From: Takakia lepidozioides
Taxonomy: Eukaryota; Plantae; Bryophyta
Assembly (NCBI GenBank): GCA_030704615.1
Contig: CM060734.1
Location: forward strand, 3,782,001-3,846,000
DNA length: 64,000 bases
Direction: 5' to 3'
A model generated the notes under the pieces. That model did not search any database, was not told where the DNA came from, and saw only the letters and a list, made by a program, of their open reading frames with translations. How positions within the stretch are numbered: the stretch's first letter is position 1; each line of letters begins with the position of its first letter. Positions 50,570-61,149 of this stretch are shown piece by piece. The translations under genes were made by a program, and so were the position numbers.

Positions 50570-52657
50570 CATAACCCATGTTTGTGTTTGCAATGCGTGT
50601 GTGATCCTGGCAGCCCTGGAAAAGGGCAAAGAGGTCCATGCTGACATTGTCGAAACTGGAATCGTACCAGATGTTGTTTTGAACACTGCTCTGATGAACA
50701 TGTATGTGAAATGTGGGAGCATCGAGGATGGAAAGGGAGTGTTGGACAATATGGCCGAACGAGATGTGTTGTCTTGGACTGCGATGATCACAGCTTATAC
50801 ACAGCAGGGGCGCGGGATGGAGGCTTTGGATACCTATGAGCAAATGATGAGGGAAGGGGTGAAGCTCGACCAGATCACCCCAGGTTAGGTTTGCAAGGTG
50901 TGTGCAAGCCTAGCAGCGCTGGATAAGGGCAAGGAAGTCCATGAGGACATTGTCAAAGCTGGAATTTTACCAGATGTCCTTCTGAATAGTACCCTGGTGG
51001 ACATGTATGTTAAATGTAATGGCTGAACGAAATGTGGTATCTTGGAGCGGAATGATTGCAGGATATGCACAGCATAGGTGCGGGATGGAGACCTATGAGC
51101 AAATGTGTGGGAAGGGGTGAAGCCCAACCACATCACCTTTATTTGTGTCTGCAATGCGTGTGCAAGCCTAGCAGCCCTGGAAAAGGGCAGAGAGGTCCAT
51201 GGTGACATCATCAAAGCAGGAATTGAACCAGATATTGTTCTGAACAATACCCTCGTGGACATGTATGCCAATAATTATGGGTGCATCGAGGATGCAAAGG
51301 GAGTGTTCGACAATATGACCGAAGGAGATGTGGTGTCTTGTAACGCCATGATCACATGATATGCACAGCTTGGGGGCGGGATCGAGGCTCGGACCTGAGA
51401 TGCATACTGAATTCTGTAAGTTAGCTCGTTGGCTTCTGAAAGAGGATCAAGAGAGGGAGTCCATAATGCCTCTTCTAGCTCTTCTGGGCATGTGAAGATG
51501 CTTTGTGAGGTAGGCAGACTGAAAGAGGCTCTATAGACTTTAAACCAAGGAGCAATTCAGCAGATTCAGATATGTATATGGTACGATGTTTTGGATGAGC
51601 GAATGATGCACGAGGGGTGAAGCCGAACCACATCACGATTGTGGTTGTGTTTGCAATGCGTGTGCAAGCCTGGGAGCCCTAGAAAAGCATTTGCAATGCT
51701 TGTGCAAGCCTGGCAGCGCTGGAAAAGGGCAAAGAGGTGCATGGAGACATCATCAAAGCTGGAATTGTACCCAACGTCATTCTAAACACTGCCCTGGCAA
51801 CTCTGGACACTCTCTATTCGTACTAACTCTGCTTCATTACAACATAGACTTTTAAATATCCGAATCGATATATCTCTTGGTAATCCAAGGATTAATTCAC
51901 ACATAGAATTCTTATCTTCTCCATTTGTGCACATTCTCACTATCTCACGCAATTATAATTCTTCAATCATTGCATTTAGAATTGGATTTACATTTCATCA
52001 TTCCATTCTTCACACAGAACAAATTGAATTGAACTTTTTTTTTCTCCTTTTTCTCTTCTATTCATTCACAAACATTACATCACGATAACGCAATACTAAT
52101 CTACCATTGAGAAATAACTTTATCTTCTAGCACCCACTCACTCTACTCTGCTCTGCTCTGGAAGAGGTCCATGGTGACATCATCAGAGCTGGAATTGTAG
52201 CAAATGTCATTCTGAACACTGCCCTAGTGGACATGTATGCACAATGTGGGTGCATCGAGGATGCAAAGGGAGTGTTCGACACTATGGCTGAACGAGATGT
52301 GGTGTCGTGGAGTGCGATGCTTGCAGGGTATGCACAGCAGGAACGTGGGATGGAGGCTTTGGAGACCTATGAGCAAATGATGGGGGAAGCACATCATGTT
52401 TGTGTGCATTTGCAATGCTTGTGCAAGCCTGACAGCCCTGGAGAAAGGCAAAGAGGTGCATGGGGATATCATCAAAGCTGGAATTGTACCAAACGTCATT
52501 CTGAACACTGCCCTGGTAGCTCTAGAAAAGGGGAAAGATGTCCATGGCGACATCTTCAGAGTTGGAATTGTACCAGATTTCATTCTGAGCAATACCATGG
52601 TGGACATATTTGTAAAATGTGGGTGCATCTAGGATACAAAGGGAGTGTTCAATACTA
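50570..52657 (+). pseudogene. Cluster of degenerate PLS-class PPR repeats
   Basis: Repeated C.CNACASLAALEKGKEVHGDIIKAGI.P.V.LN.ALVDMY..CG.IEDAKGVFD.MAERDVVSW with stops and frameshifts; cut at 52658 by a DNA element. Confidence 0.88.
51808..52155 (+). mobile_element. Short retroposed insertion in a PPR repeat
   Basis: AT-rich segment ending in (CTCTG)n, flanked by TSD CTCTGGA at 51801-51807 and 52156-52162. Confidence 0.65.
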
Positions 52658-53319
52658 TCAGGGTTGCACACGCCAATGACGTCACGTCACGTCAGACCTG
52701 ACGCTAACGCGACCAACGTCACGTCAGTTTTGCCGAAAAATCGGTAAAACATGAGTTACGTGAAAAATATGTCACGTAGGTGGATACGTTGTATTCCAAG
52801 CGACACCTTGGCAAGTGAATGAATTGTTTTATAAATTACTCCATCCGCCAATAGTTGAGGTCATTTTTAAATCATTATTGTTAAATTGGTGCGACCTCCA
52901 AATGGTGGTGGTCGCAGAATTTATCTTATTTTTTAATAGTTGCGACCACCAGCAGAGGGGTTGTCGCAGCATTTTTTGTTTTTTAAAAATAGATGCGACC
53001 ACCAGCAGGGGTGGTCGCATTTTTTTCTTTTTTTAAACAGTTGCGACCACCGCTACTGGTGGTCGCACAATTTTTATTTTATTTGTAATAGGTACGACCA
53101 CCATCAGGGGGGTGGTCGCAACATTTTTCTATTTTTTAATATCTGCGACCATCAGCATGGGGGTGGTCGCAGCATTTTTCTGTTTCTTTAATAGGTGCGA
53201 CCACCGGCAGGGGGGTGGTCGCAGAATTTTTATTTATTGTTTTTAAAATATATATATTCTCTGTGACCACGAGCATGGGGGTGGTCGCAACATTTTTCTT
53301 TTTTTTAATAGGGATTGTT

Positions 53320-54170
53320 GGCGATTCTAGAATACCGGAGCGTTGGGAGCTAGCGGGAAAAAAACCCAAGTCCAAAAATCCAGAAAAGGCGTTGAGACAA
53401 CATAACGACGAGTGTTCGGTAGTGAAGTTCCAGCATCCGGGTGTTATTTCGTATTTTGCTATGAATGCACGTGAGGTAGAGGGTTACACTCGCTGGTGGA
53501 ATGGGGGGACAATACGCGACATGATGAACCTTGATAGAAAATGGGGCAACGATTTGGACAACAGGGTGATTTTGGAACAAAGGGGAACGGAAGCAGAGTT
53601 CCAAGAATACGATCGCTTGCTTCGTTTCCGAAAAGTGCGTAGTAAACTTGCATGGGCACTGGTGTGCATCATGGATATTGTCCACAAAAACGGTGTCATG
53701 CACAACGACTTGTCCCCCGATAACATCTTGTTGCATTTTCCAGATGGCACCGAGAAGATCAAAATTGGGGTGTGTGATTGGGGCTTAGCCACCCCATTGG
53801 GCATACGCAAAGCCTCGCCGTACCAGTTTGAAAACCAAGACAAGCTGGACCGGGAACTCGCGAAAAGATGGTGGGTGGAAAAAGATATTGCATCGGTTTT
53901 CAATGTGAATGTCACGCCCCCCCCCCCCCCCAGGACATGACGTCGAAGGCCTTTGCCGTTGGGAAGATAGCGGTACAAATAAATGACGGCGTTCATTATG
54001 ATCAAAGTATGTTCCAGGACCAATTTACGGGAGGTTATCGGCATTCAATGCTACAAAGGTTGTACGACAACAATAAGAATGAGAGAGTCACATTAGCCCA
54101 TGTAGTACTTCGGTTCATGGGCAAGCCATTCAATTGGCCTGAGCCGAAAGATGTATATAGGACGGAGTAG
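53320..54170 (+). CDS. Protein kinase-like domain (N-terminally truncated; frameshift in poly-C at 53917-53931)
   Basis: LAGKK (beta3 Lys), HPGVI, VHKNGVMHNDLSPDNILL (catalytic loop, ~53701) and VCDWGLA (DFG-like); the C-lobe continues in ORF 53868-54170. Confidence 0.75.
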
Positions 54171-54253
54171 ACCATAGTCTCGTAGATATGACATTTCTGG
54201 CGGTACAATGGTTCTTTTATGAAAACATAACTCAATTTTGATCGTGCATATAA

Positions 54254-54782
54254 TAAATAAAGTCCCATTGTAAATACTACATTGCATATGCTCGACCCTG
54301 GCTGTCATCGCAATATAAATGGTTTGTGTACTGGCTCACTGTTTATATTTGTAATGTTCCAAGGTTTCGGATAGGGTTATGAGAAAACGATGTATTAGTT
54401 CTGTAGGAGTTAGACAACAAACGTCTCCTCTCATTTAACTGTGCGACGCTACCATGAGAGGCATGGATCGGAAAGTAATAGGTACACATGTGACCTCCGA
54501 ACGTTTGATACTAGGTCTTTATTTAAACGTGCGGAGGTCGCATGTACACCTATTACTTTTTTATCCATGCCACTCATGGTAGTAGCGCACAGTTGAATGA
54601 GATATGGAACGTTTGTTGTCCAACTCCTATGAATCCAATATATCATTTTCTCAGTACCCTGTCAGAAACATTGAAACATTCGCAGTTACAAACAGTGCCA
54701 CAATACACGGCCGATTTTGTTGAAATGACATTTGTGAGGTTCGAGCGTATGCAATTTATTATTTACAACGGAATTTTATTTA
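54254..54782. repeat. Long imperfect inverted repeat (~260-bp arms, short loop near 54515)
   Basis: Paired blocks include CATGTGACCTCCGAACGTTT/AAACGTGCGGAGGTCGCATG, TCTCATTTAACTGTGCG/CGCACAGTTGAATGAGA and AGGAGTTAGACAACAAACGT/ACGTTTGTTGTCCAACTCCT. Confidence 0.85.
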
Positions 54783-54850
54783 CTCGGGGGGACCGGTACT
54801 GCTGTTGGAGCGCAACTGATGGTGCGAGTGGAGCTGTCATAACCAATGTC

Positions 54851-55207
54851 AACAATCATATTTACAGTAAGGTGTTTCATGCTATTGTTGTTCCTCTAGC
54901 TGAATTCTGTAGTACTCTTTTTGCTATTCTCATGTCAACGTCATCTGAGACTGTCATGTTCAAACGGATGTATCAGCCACCCCGGCCAACTTGCAGACTG
55001 CAGCCATGGCCCACCATAAATTGAATGAATTGGAGATTTTGTGCGAAGTTCCTGGTTTCATGTCCTTGGTGGCTGATACGGAATTCGGAATATGACAGTC
55101 GCAATGGACCTGATGTTGTTGGCATGGGAGTAGCAAAACGATTCCTAAATAATTCTGCTACATGAACATCGGCAGTATGAAACACCTTGCAGTACATATG
55201 ATTCTTC
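54851..55207. repeat. Second long imperfect inverted repeat (~135-bp arms)
   Basis: AAGGTGTTTCATGCT/AGTATGAAACACCTT, TTTGCTATTCTCATGTCAAC/GTTGGCATGGGAGTAGCAAA, GACTGTCATGTTC/GAATATGACAGTC and GTATCAGCCACC/GGTGGCTGATAC. Confidence 0.85.
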
Positions 55208-55724
55208 ATATTGTTTGCACGGATTATTTGTGTTTGTGCCTTCAAGTGGCGAACATTTCCGCCATGGTGCGGAAGACGTGCATTGGCCACATTAAACGGT
55301 TGATGTGATATCATTTCACAAATGTATCACATCGCATTTGTGAAAATGTTGCTTCATTTTAAAAAAATCAAAAAAAATAAGCGACCGCCAGCATTGGCGG
55401 TCGCTTCATTTTCAAAACATTTAGAATAAATAAGCGACCGCAACCATAGGCGGTCGCTTCACTTTCAAAAACTTTAAAAAAAATAAGCGACCGCCAACAT
55501 AGGCGGTCCCTTCATTTTTTAAAAATTAAAAAAAAATAAGTGACCGCCAACATAGGCGGTCGCTTCATTTTTAAAAAATTAAAAAAAAATAAGCGACTGC
55601 CAACATAGGCAGTCGCTTCATTTTCAAAATATTTAAAATATATAAGCGACCACCAACATAGGCGGTTGCTTCATTTAAGAAAAAAAAATAAAAAAAAAAT
55701 AAGCGACCGCCAACATAGGCGGTC

Positions 55725-56427
55725 TGTCGTGCGCATACATATCGCTACACAACTACATCGCTGTCCAAAACCACACAACACATGTGCACACCACACACTA
55801 GTATACCACTAGTCTACCACTAGTCCAACCACTAGTCCAACCACTAGGCTACAACTAGTCAGTCACTAGGCTGCCACTACGCTGCCCACTATGGCAGTCA
55901 CTAGTCCACACAATAAAGAGGAAGAATACAAGCACAAGCTCATGCGAGCTCACAAAGCTGAAGCATAAACTCAGGCATATATAACCTCATCACTCAAATA
56001 CAAGTCAAGCCAAGTGCACCCCACGCCATGGGGAATCCACACTACGGCGCCATAGCTAGGCGCGGTGAGGCTCAACTCGAGAAAGATGAGCCTCCCGCGC
56101 TTGCCGTGAAGATAACCACTCCAGGGCCTAAATCTGCCTTGACCCCTGGATTGACACTTGGGCCAATCCCAAATGTCAATATGTAAAAGCTAGCTATTTC
56201 CTAGCTAGTTTCACACTAGTGGTAAAATAACTTGACAGCTGTCGTGCGCATACATATCGCTACACAACTACATCGCTGTCCAAAACCACACAACACATGT
56301 GCACACCACACACTAGTATACCACTAGTCTACCACTAGTCCAACCACTAGTCCAACCACTAGGCTACAACTAGTCAGTCACTAGGCTGCCACTACGCTGC
56401 CCACTATGGCAGTCACTAGTCCACACA
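55725..56427 (-). repeat. 3' LTR with A-B-A structure (188-bp unit A at both ends)
   Basis: 55725-55912 appears identical to 56240-56427. On the minus strand the PPT-like AGGGGGGCGAT (56428-56438) precedes TGTGTGG and the LTR ends ...GCACGACA. A TATA-like TTATATATG lies in B (~55976-55984). Confidence 0.85.
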
Positions 56428-56687
56428 ATCGCCCCCCTAGCTGGTGCTTAGGTCCCTCTAAGTCCAGGTAGCCACAAGATGTGATAGTGACCATAGCCTC
56501 ACTAAGTCCTCCACCACTATCCCTACTACACTCAAACTCGATAGATCAAGAGGCCGGGTGCAAGAGTTGCCCCATCGTTAGTCGCCGTCTTGCAACCTGT
56601 GAACTTGAGCTTGGGATCTCATGTATTGACTCCTATGAGCTTGGCCTCCCATGTCTTGTTAGCTGCCTCCAGTCATGTCCACTACCA

Positions 56688-57950
56688 CTATCCCAAGCAG
56701 TGTGGACACAACCAATCTCCGTCAGGAACCTTCTCAAGGGGTGGTGTCAAGCATCCCATATGCCAACCCCTTGAGCACCGATCACACACCAGCATGGTGG
56801 CTGCCCCTTTGGCAGACCCACAGAGCATGCACCTCAAACCTGCAGGTACCACTGCCAAGTTTGGGTCAACTCTGCCATCGACATTGGGAAGGTGACATGG
56901 CGCACAATTACGCACATGGTCTTTCCAAGTCATGCCATCCCGACCCTCTAAGATCAGGACCCCTGAGGGCAACACCTCTCGAACCCTCAGAATAACACGC
57001 CCTGCAGTAACATCCAGAGTCGTAGGAGCAGTCTGCTGCAAATAAACATAGTCACCAGGGCTAAACCTCCGAACCCCAGGACGATATCCTCCACCACGTA
57101 TAGTGGCATACCTCAACGTATCACGGTGTTGTGCAATGGCAAGGTTCTCAAAAGCCATGGGCATGACTTTCTTGAACAACTCTGCACGCTGATCACATGC
57201 ACGTACCCACATGTCCGGATCGTCAAGGTTAAGGACTTGAGCAGTGTCCCTACGAATGGCTGCAGGCAAATCCGGCTCTCGGCCAAAGAGAAGGAAATAT
57301 GGTGAGAAGGAGGCAAGTGATGCTTGTTTGCTGAACCTGTAGCCCATGGCTAACCAAGGAACCTGAAGATCCCAATCTCCTAGGTGTCCCTTCTGCAAGC
57401 CATACTTGCGCAAACCCCTCTTCACCGTCTGAACAACTCTCTCTGCTAAGCCATCGGCCTCAGGATGATCCCGAGAAGTGGTGCGGTGGTCTATCAAGGC
57501 TTTATCACACAAAGCCTGAAACTCCCCCAAGAACTCTCTCCCTTGGTCCGTGAGTACCTCAGCTGGAGCACCAAATCGGCTAAGCACACGATCCAAGAAT
57601 GCATACGCAGCCCCCTCACTAGCCTTGTCAGGCAATGGAACCAACTCAATCCACTTGGAGAAGTGCTCCACCATCACCAACACATATCTGTGGTGGCGCA
57701 TAGTCAGTGGCAACGGTCCTGCGAAGTCAAGACTCCACCTGTAGCCCAATCCCATGATTGGTAAAGGATGCAACTGTGGTGTAGGGGCGTTGAATGAAGC
57801 ACGCACCCTGTCACACACCATGCACCTAGCCACAAATGTTGCACCTCTGTATGCATACCACGCCACCAATACTGCCCTTGCAGTAAACTGTGAGTGCGTC
57901 GCACTCCAAAATGCCCCAACTCCTCATGGGCATGCCGCACTAACCGTGCA
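56688..57950 (-). CDS. Integrase with a C-terminal PHD finger
   Basis: HEELGH...CMVC, WSLDFAGP, LTDQGREF, LAERVVQT and FSPYFLLFG. C4HC3 finger CMLC-X11-CDRC-X4-HMGC-X14-CPHC with PDGDW at 56697-56831. One frameshift near 57835. Confidence 0.92.
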
Positions 57951-58339
57951 CGCTGTGTGGGGTGAGGCACAATCCTCACCCGACCATCCTCCCACACTCG
58001 AAGTAGGTGTATCCCCTCCCACTTGAACCTCTTGGCTCGTTGCAGGATCCGATCCCTCTCCCTGGCAGTCACAATGGCTGCCGTGTCTCCCGTGCGGAGG
58101 TAGTCCAACACAGCCGAATCCTCATGTATATCTCTGGCACCACCTAGCTCATCACTAGCCTCAGGGTCCTCAGACACTCCGTCTACAGTCATCCCTGTTG
58201 TAGGTCCAATCTGACCTCCCGATGCCAAGATACACAAAAATGCAGATGCGTGCCATCCCGGCACCATCTCCTCGTCCGTCTCACCATGCCACCGAGCTCC
58301 AGTGTCATCCTGCTGGCTCATGCATGGATTGCGACTCAA

Positions 58340-59662
58340 TCCATCCGCATCCCGATTGACCAAACCCGGTCGATGCACAACCTGAAAGTCATACTCCTGG
58401 AGTATAAGTGCCCACCGTGCAAGCTTCCCCGTAAGCTTGTCTGACTCCATCAACCACTTGAGTGGCTGGTGATCCGTGACAAGGGTGAAAAGATTGCCGT
58501 ATAGATAGCACCTGAAGTGTGCCACGGCCCACACTGCAGCTAAGCACTCTCCCTCATATGAGCTGTACTTAGCCTCTGCAGCGTTGTTCGAGCGGCTAGC
58601 GTAAGCCACTACGAACTCTCTTCCCTCATCATCCACCTGTGTGAGCACCGCTCCAAGCCCCAGCATGCTCCAATCCGTATGCAGCTGAAAGGGACGCCCC
58701 CTGATAGGTCGTCTCAAGATAGGCGCCGAGGTCAACCTCACCTTGAGCTCTTGAAAAGCTCGTTCCTGCTCATCTTCCCACTGCCACTCCTGGTCCACCT
58801 TGGTCAGCTTGGTTAGAGCCTTTGCAATGGTACTAAATCCCTTGACAAACCGTCTATAATAGTTTGCCAACCCCATGAAAGCTCGAACTCGGCTCACATC
58901 CGTGGGGCGTGGAATTTGTGCAATGGCCTCTACCTTAGTCTGCTGTACCCCCAATCCTCCAGGATATATCATGTGACCCAGATACTCAATCTGGTTGTGG
59001 AAAAACTTGCACTTCCCCGGATGCAACTTCAATCCGTGCGCTCTCAAGCGCTCCAATACCACCTGAAGGTGTCTCTCATGCTCCTCCATCGTAACACTAA
59101 AGATGATGATGTCATCTATGTAGCACCGAGCAAAGTCCACCCCTGCTAGAATCCTATCCATGACTCTCTGAAACTCTGCAGGAGCATTCTTAAGCCCAAA
59201 TGGTAAGAACCGCCACTGATATAGGCAATCCTTGCCGTGCTCATTGATCCCCCAGAATGTCGTCTTCTGCTTGTCCGCCTCCTTGATTGGCAACTGGTGA
59301 TATCCGGATCGTAAATCCAAAGTGCTAAAGGCCTTAGCATGCCCGATGGCATCAAAGATCTCCTCTGGTGTTGGCATGGCATACTTATCGGACTTGGTCT
59401 GACGATTTACAGGCCGGTAATCACCGCACATACGTCTCTCCGTCCAATTGCCATAGACATCCTTCTTGGCTGGCATCACTGTGGCTGAAGCATACTCTCC
59501 ACCAGAGAGCTCCACCAAACCTGCCTCCCAGAGATCTTGAGTCCTCATCTGAATCAAAGACCTCTCCATGTCACTGTATCTATAGGGTCTCCGAAAGATT
59601 GGCGTGTCAGTGGCCAACTCAATACGGATCTCTTGACCCTTCAGTGCTCCCAAGTCCTTCAA
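58340..59662 (-). CDS. Reverse transcriptase and RNase H of gypsy copy 2
   Basis: [67 protein letters not shown] and TDHQPL. Confidence 0.95.
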
Positions 59663-60109
59663 ACTGAAGGCAAAGCAATTCCTGTAAGCCCTCAGGAACC
59701 GCCGTATACGTCGTCTCTCTCCTCCGGTGACAATGGGTCCAATGTCAGGCTCCCAATTGTCCTCCGTAACTACAACCTTAAGTCCAGTGGGCTTAGAGGT
59801 AGAGGACGCGTCCCGTGGTTGCTATGCTGCAACCTCTTGAGCAGTACTCCCTACCTGCTCAGTCAATGACAAGGTATCATCCTGCCCCATCATCTCATCC
59901 TTGAGGACCTCCTCAACTCGAGAAGAATCCCCAACCTCATCCATCACAGCCGCCTTGGCTGCCAACTCCCTCTGAACCTCGAGCACCTCCCACGTGTGCC
60001 ATGGATGCATGCACCCCGTGGTCCTCATATGCTCGCCCCCACTCACTGCCTGTACCGTCTCGGTAGGCAGAGAGACCATTGAGGGAAGTGTATTCCGCAC
60101 TCTGCGTTG

Positions 60110-61080
60110 CTCAGCTAGAGCCAAGCTGATAATCCAGGTCAAGCAATTGAGATCCATTGCTTGCCCCAACACTTGACGACGTGATGCCTCAGAAAGAGAC
60201 GACACCGCCGTGGTACCAGTGGTAAAACCCATTGCCCGCTCACGCTCGTCAGCATTAGGCTCCACTAACTGCTGCAACTGAGCATCCCACAGGAGGCCAG
60301 GTCCACTATCCCGGAAAGCATGCGATCCTGGGAAGCTGAGCAGTGTAGGTAATGCTGCTCGTGGTTGACCCACCTTGTTGACCACTGCCAAAGGCGAACG
60401 GTCATCGTGTCTCACACGTTGAGACTGCCTCCCTGTGTCCAGAATGTTATCCACTGTGAGATGTGCTGGCCGCTGCACCCCATCAAATGCACGCTTGAGC
60501 AGTGCGGGTGGCATCATGTTAGTCCACCATAGCCGTGGACGATGAGCCCGTGACCCCACTGTAGCTGCATCTAGCAACACTGCTGACCCAAGCCACGACC
60601 GGACTTGATGCACACTGGCCATCACCCTGGCCCGAGAATCGCCCATCAGTGGCACATTCTCCAAGATGTATGCTGGAGATACAGCTTGATGAAGCTGCAA
60701 GTGGCGCAAAACCCGCACCATCTCCCAAAACAGACCCGACCTCGAGTCTCGCAATCCATTGCCATGCCCGGCTGATGAATGCCCTTGGCAGGGCCAACCT
60801 GCCACTACCAGATCAATGGAGCCAACCCGCTCCAAATCCTGCGCCCCCAGCAACGAAATGTCTGCTGGCAAGGCCTGCTGATATCCACGAATTGCAGACA
60901 CCGACAACAACTCAGGGTACCGCTGCACCAACTGAGCAACATGGCGAAGTGAAACGCGTCGTGCAGTCTCATCCCTCTCCACATACAGGTAACGCCGAAC
61001 TCGTACACCTGCCTGTAACACAGCAGCCAATCCGGTGCTGATCCCGCCAAACAAGTCCAGAAGACAAATGCCTTCATCCG
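60110..61080 (-). CDS. C5 cytosine DNA methyltransferase domain (DNMT3-like, non-permuted) within the polyprotein
   Basis: Uninterrupted frame with motifs I LLDLFGGISTG, II YVERD, III ADI, IV DLVVAGWPCQGHS, VI YILENV, VIII AHRPRLWWTN, IX ERERAMGF and X RRQVLGQAM. Confidence 0.93.
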
Positions 61081-61149
61081 GAGACTGCCACACAATAGGT
61101 GTGGTGTCCAATGGAGACAATTGAGGTGGTCCTGGTGCAATCCCCACAC

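Larger units (their letters stand above)
52658..55724 (+). mobile_element. DNA-transposon-like element (superfamily unassigned) with palindromic subterminal arrays, a kinase ORF and long hairpins; right end interrupted by the gypsy element
   Basis: Abrupt junction with PPR sequence at (T)CAGGGTTGCACACG. ACGTCACGTCA motifs. Left array GCGACCACC..GGTGGTCGCA (52890-53290) and right array GCGACCGCC..GGCGGTCGC (55380-55724). Confidence 0.75.

Noticed and set aside
55380-55724. Palindromic repeats with spacers resembling a CRISPR array (also 8150-8470 and 52890-53290)
   Set aside because: Spacers are low-complexity A/T runs similar to each other, there are no cas genes, and the context is eukaryotic. 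They are transposon subterminal repeats.
55725-56427. A-B-A read as a separate TRIM mini-retrotransposon
   Set aside because: On the element strand, B does not begin with a TGG PBS or end with a purine tract, and the gypsy PPT directly abuts the inner A unit.
60110-61080. Methyltransferase as a bacterial restriction-modification gene or contamination
   Set aside because: It is embedded in a gypsy polyprotein in two copies, has DNMT3-like motifs and has no partner endonuclease.
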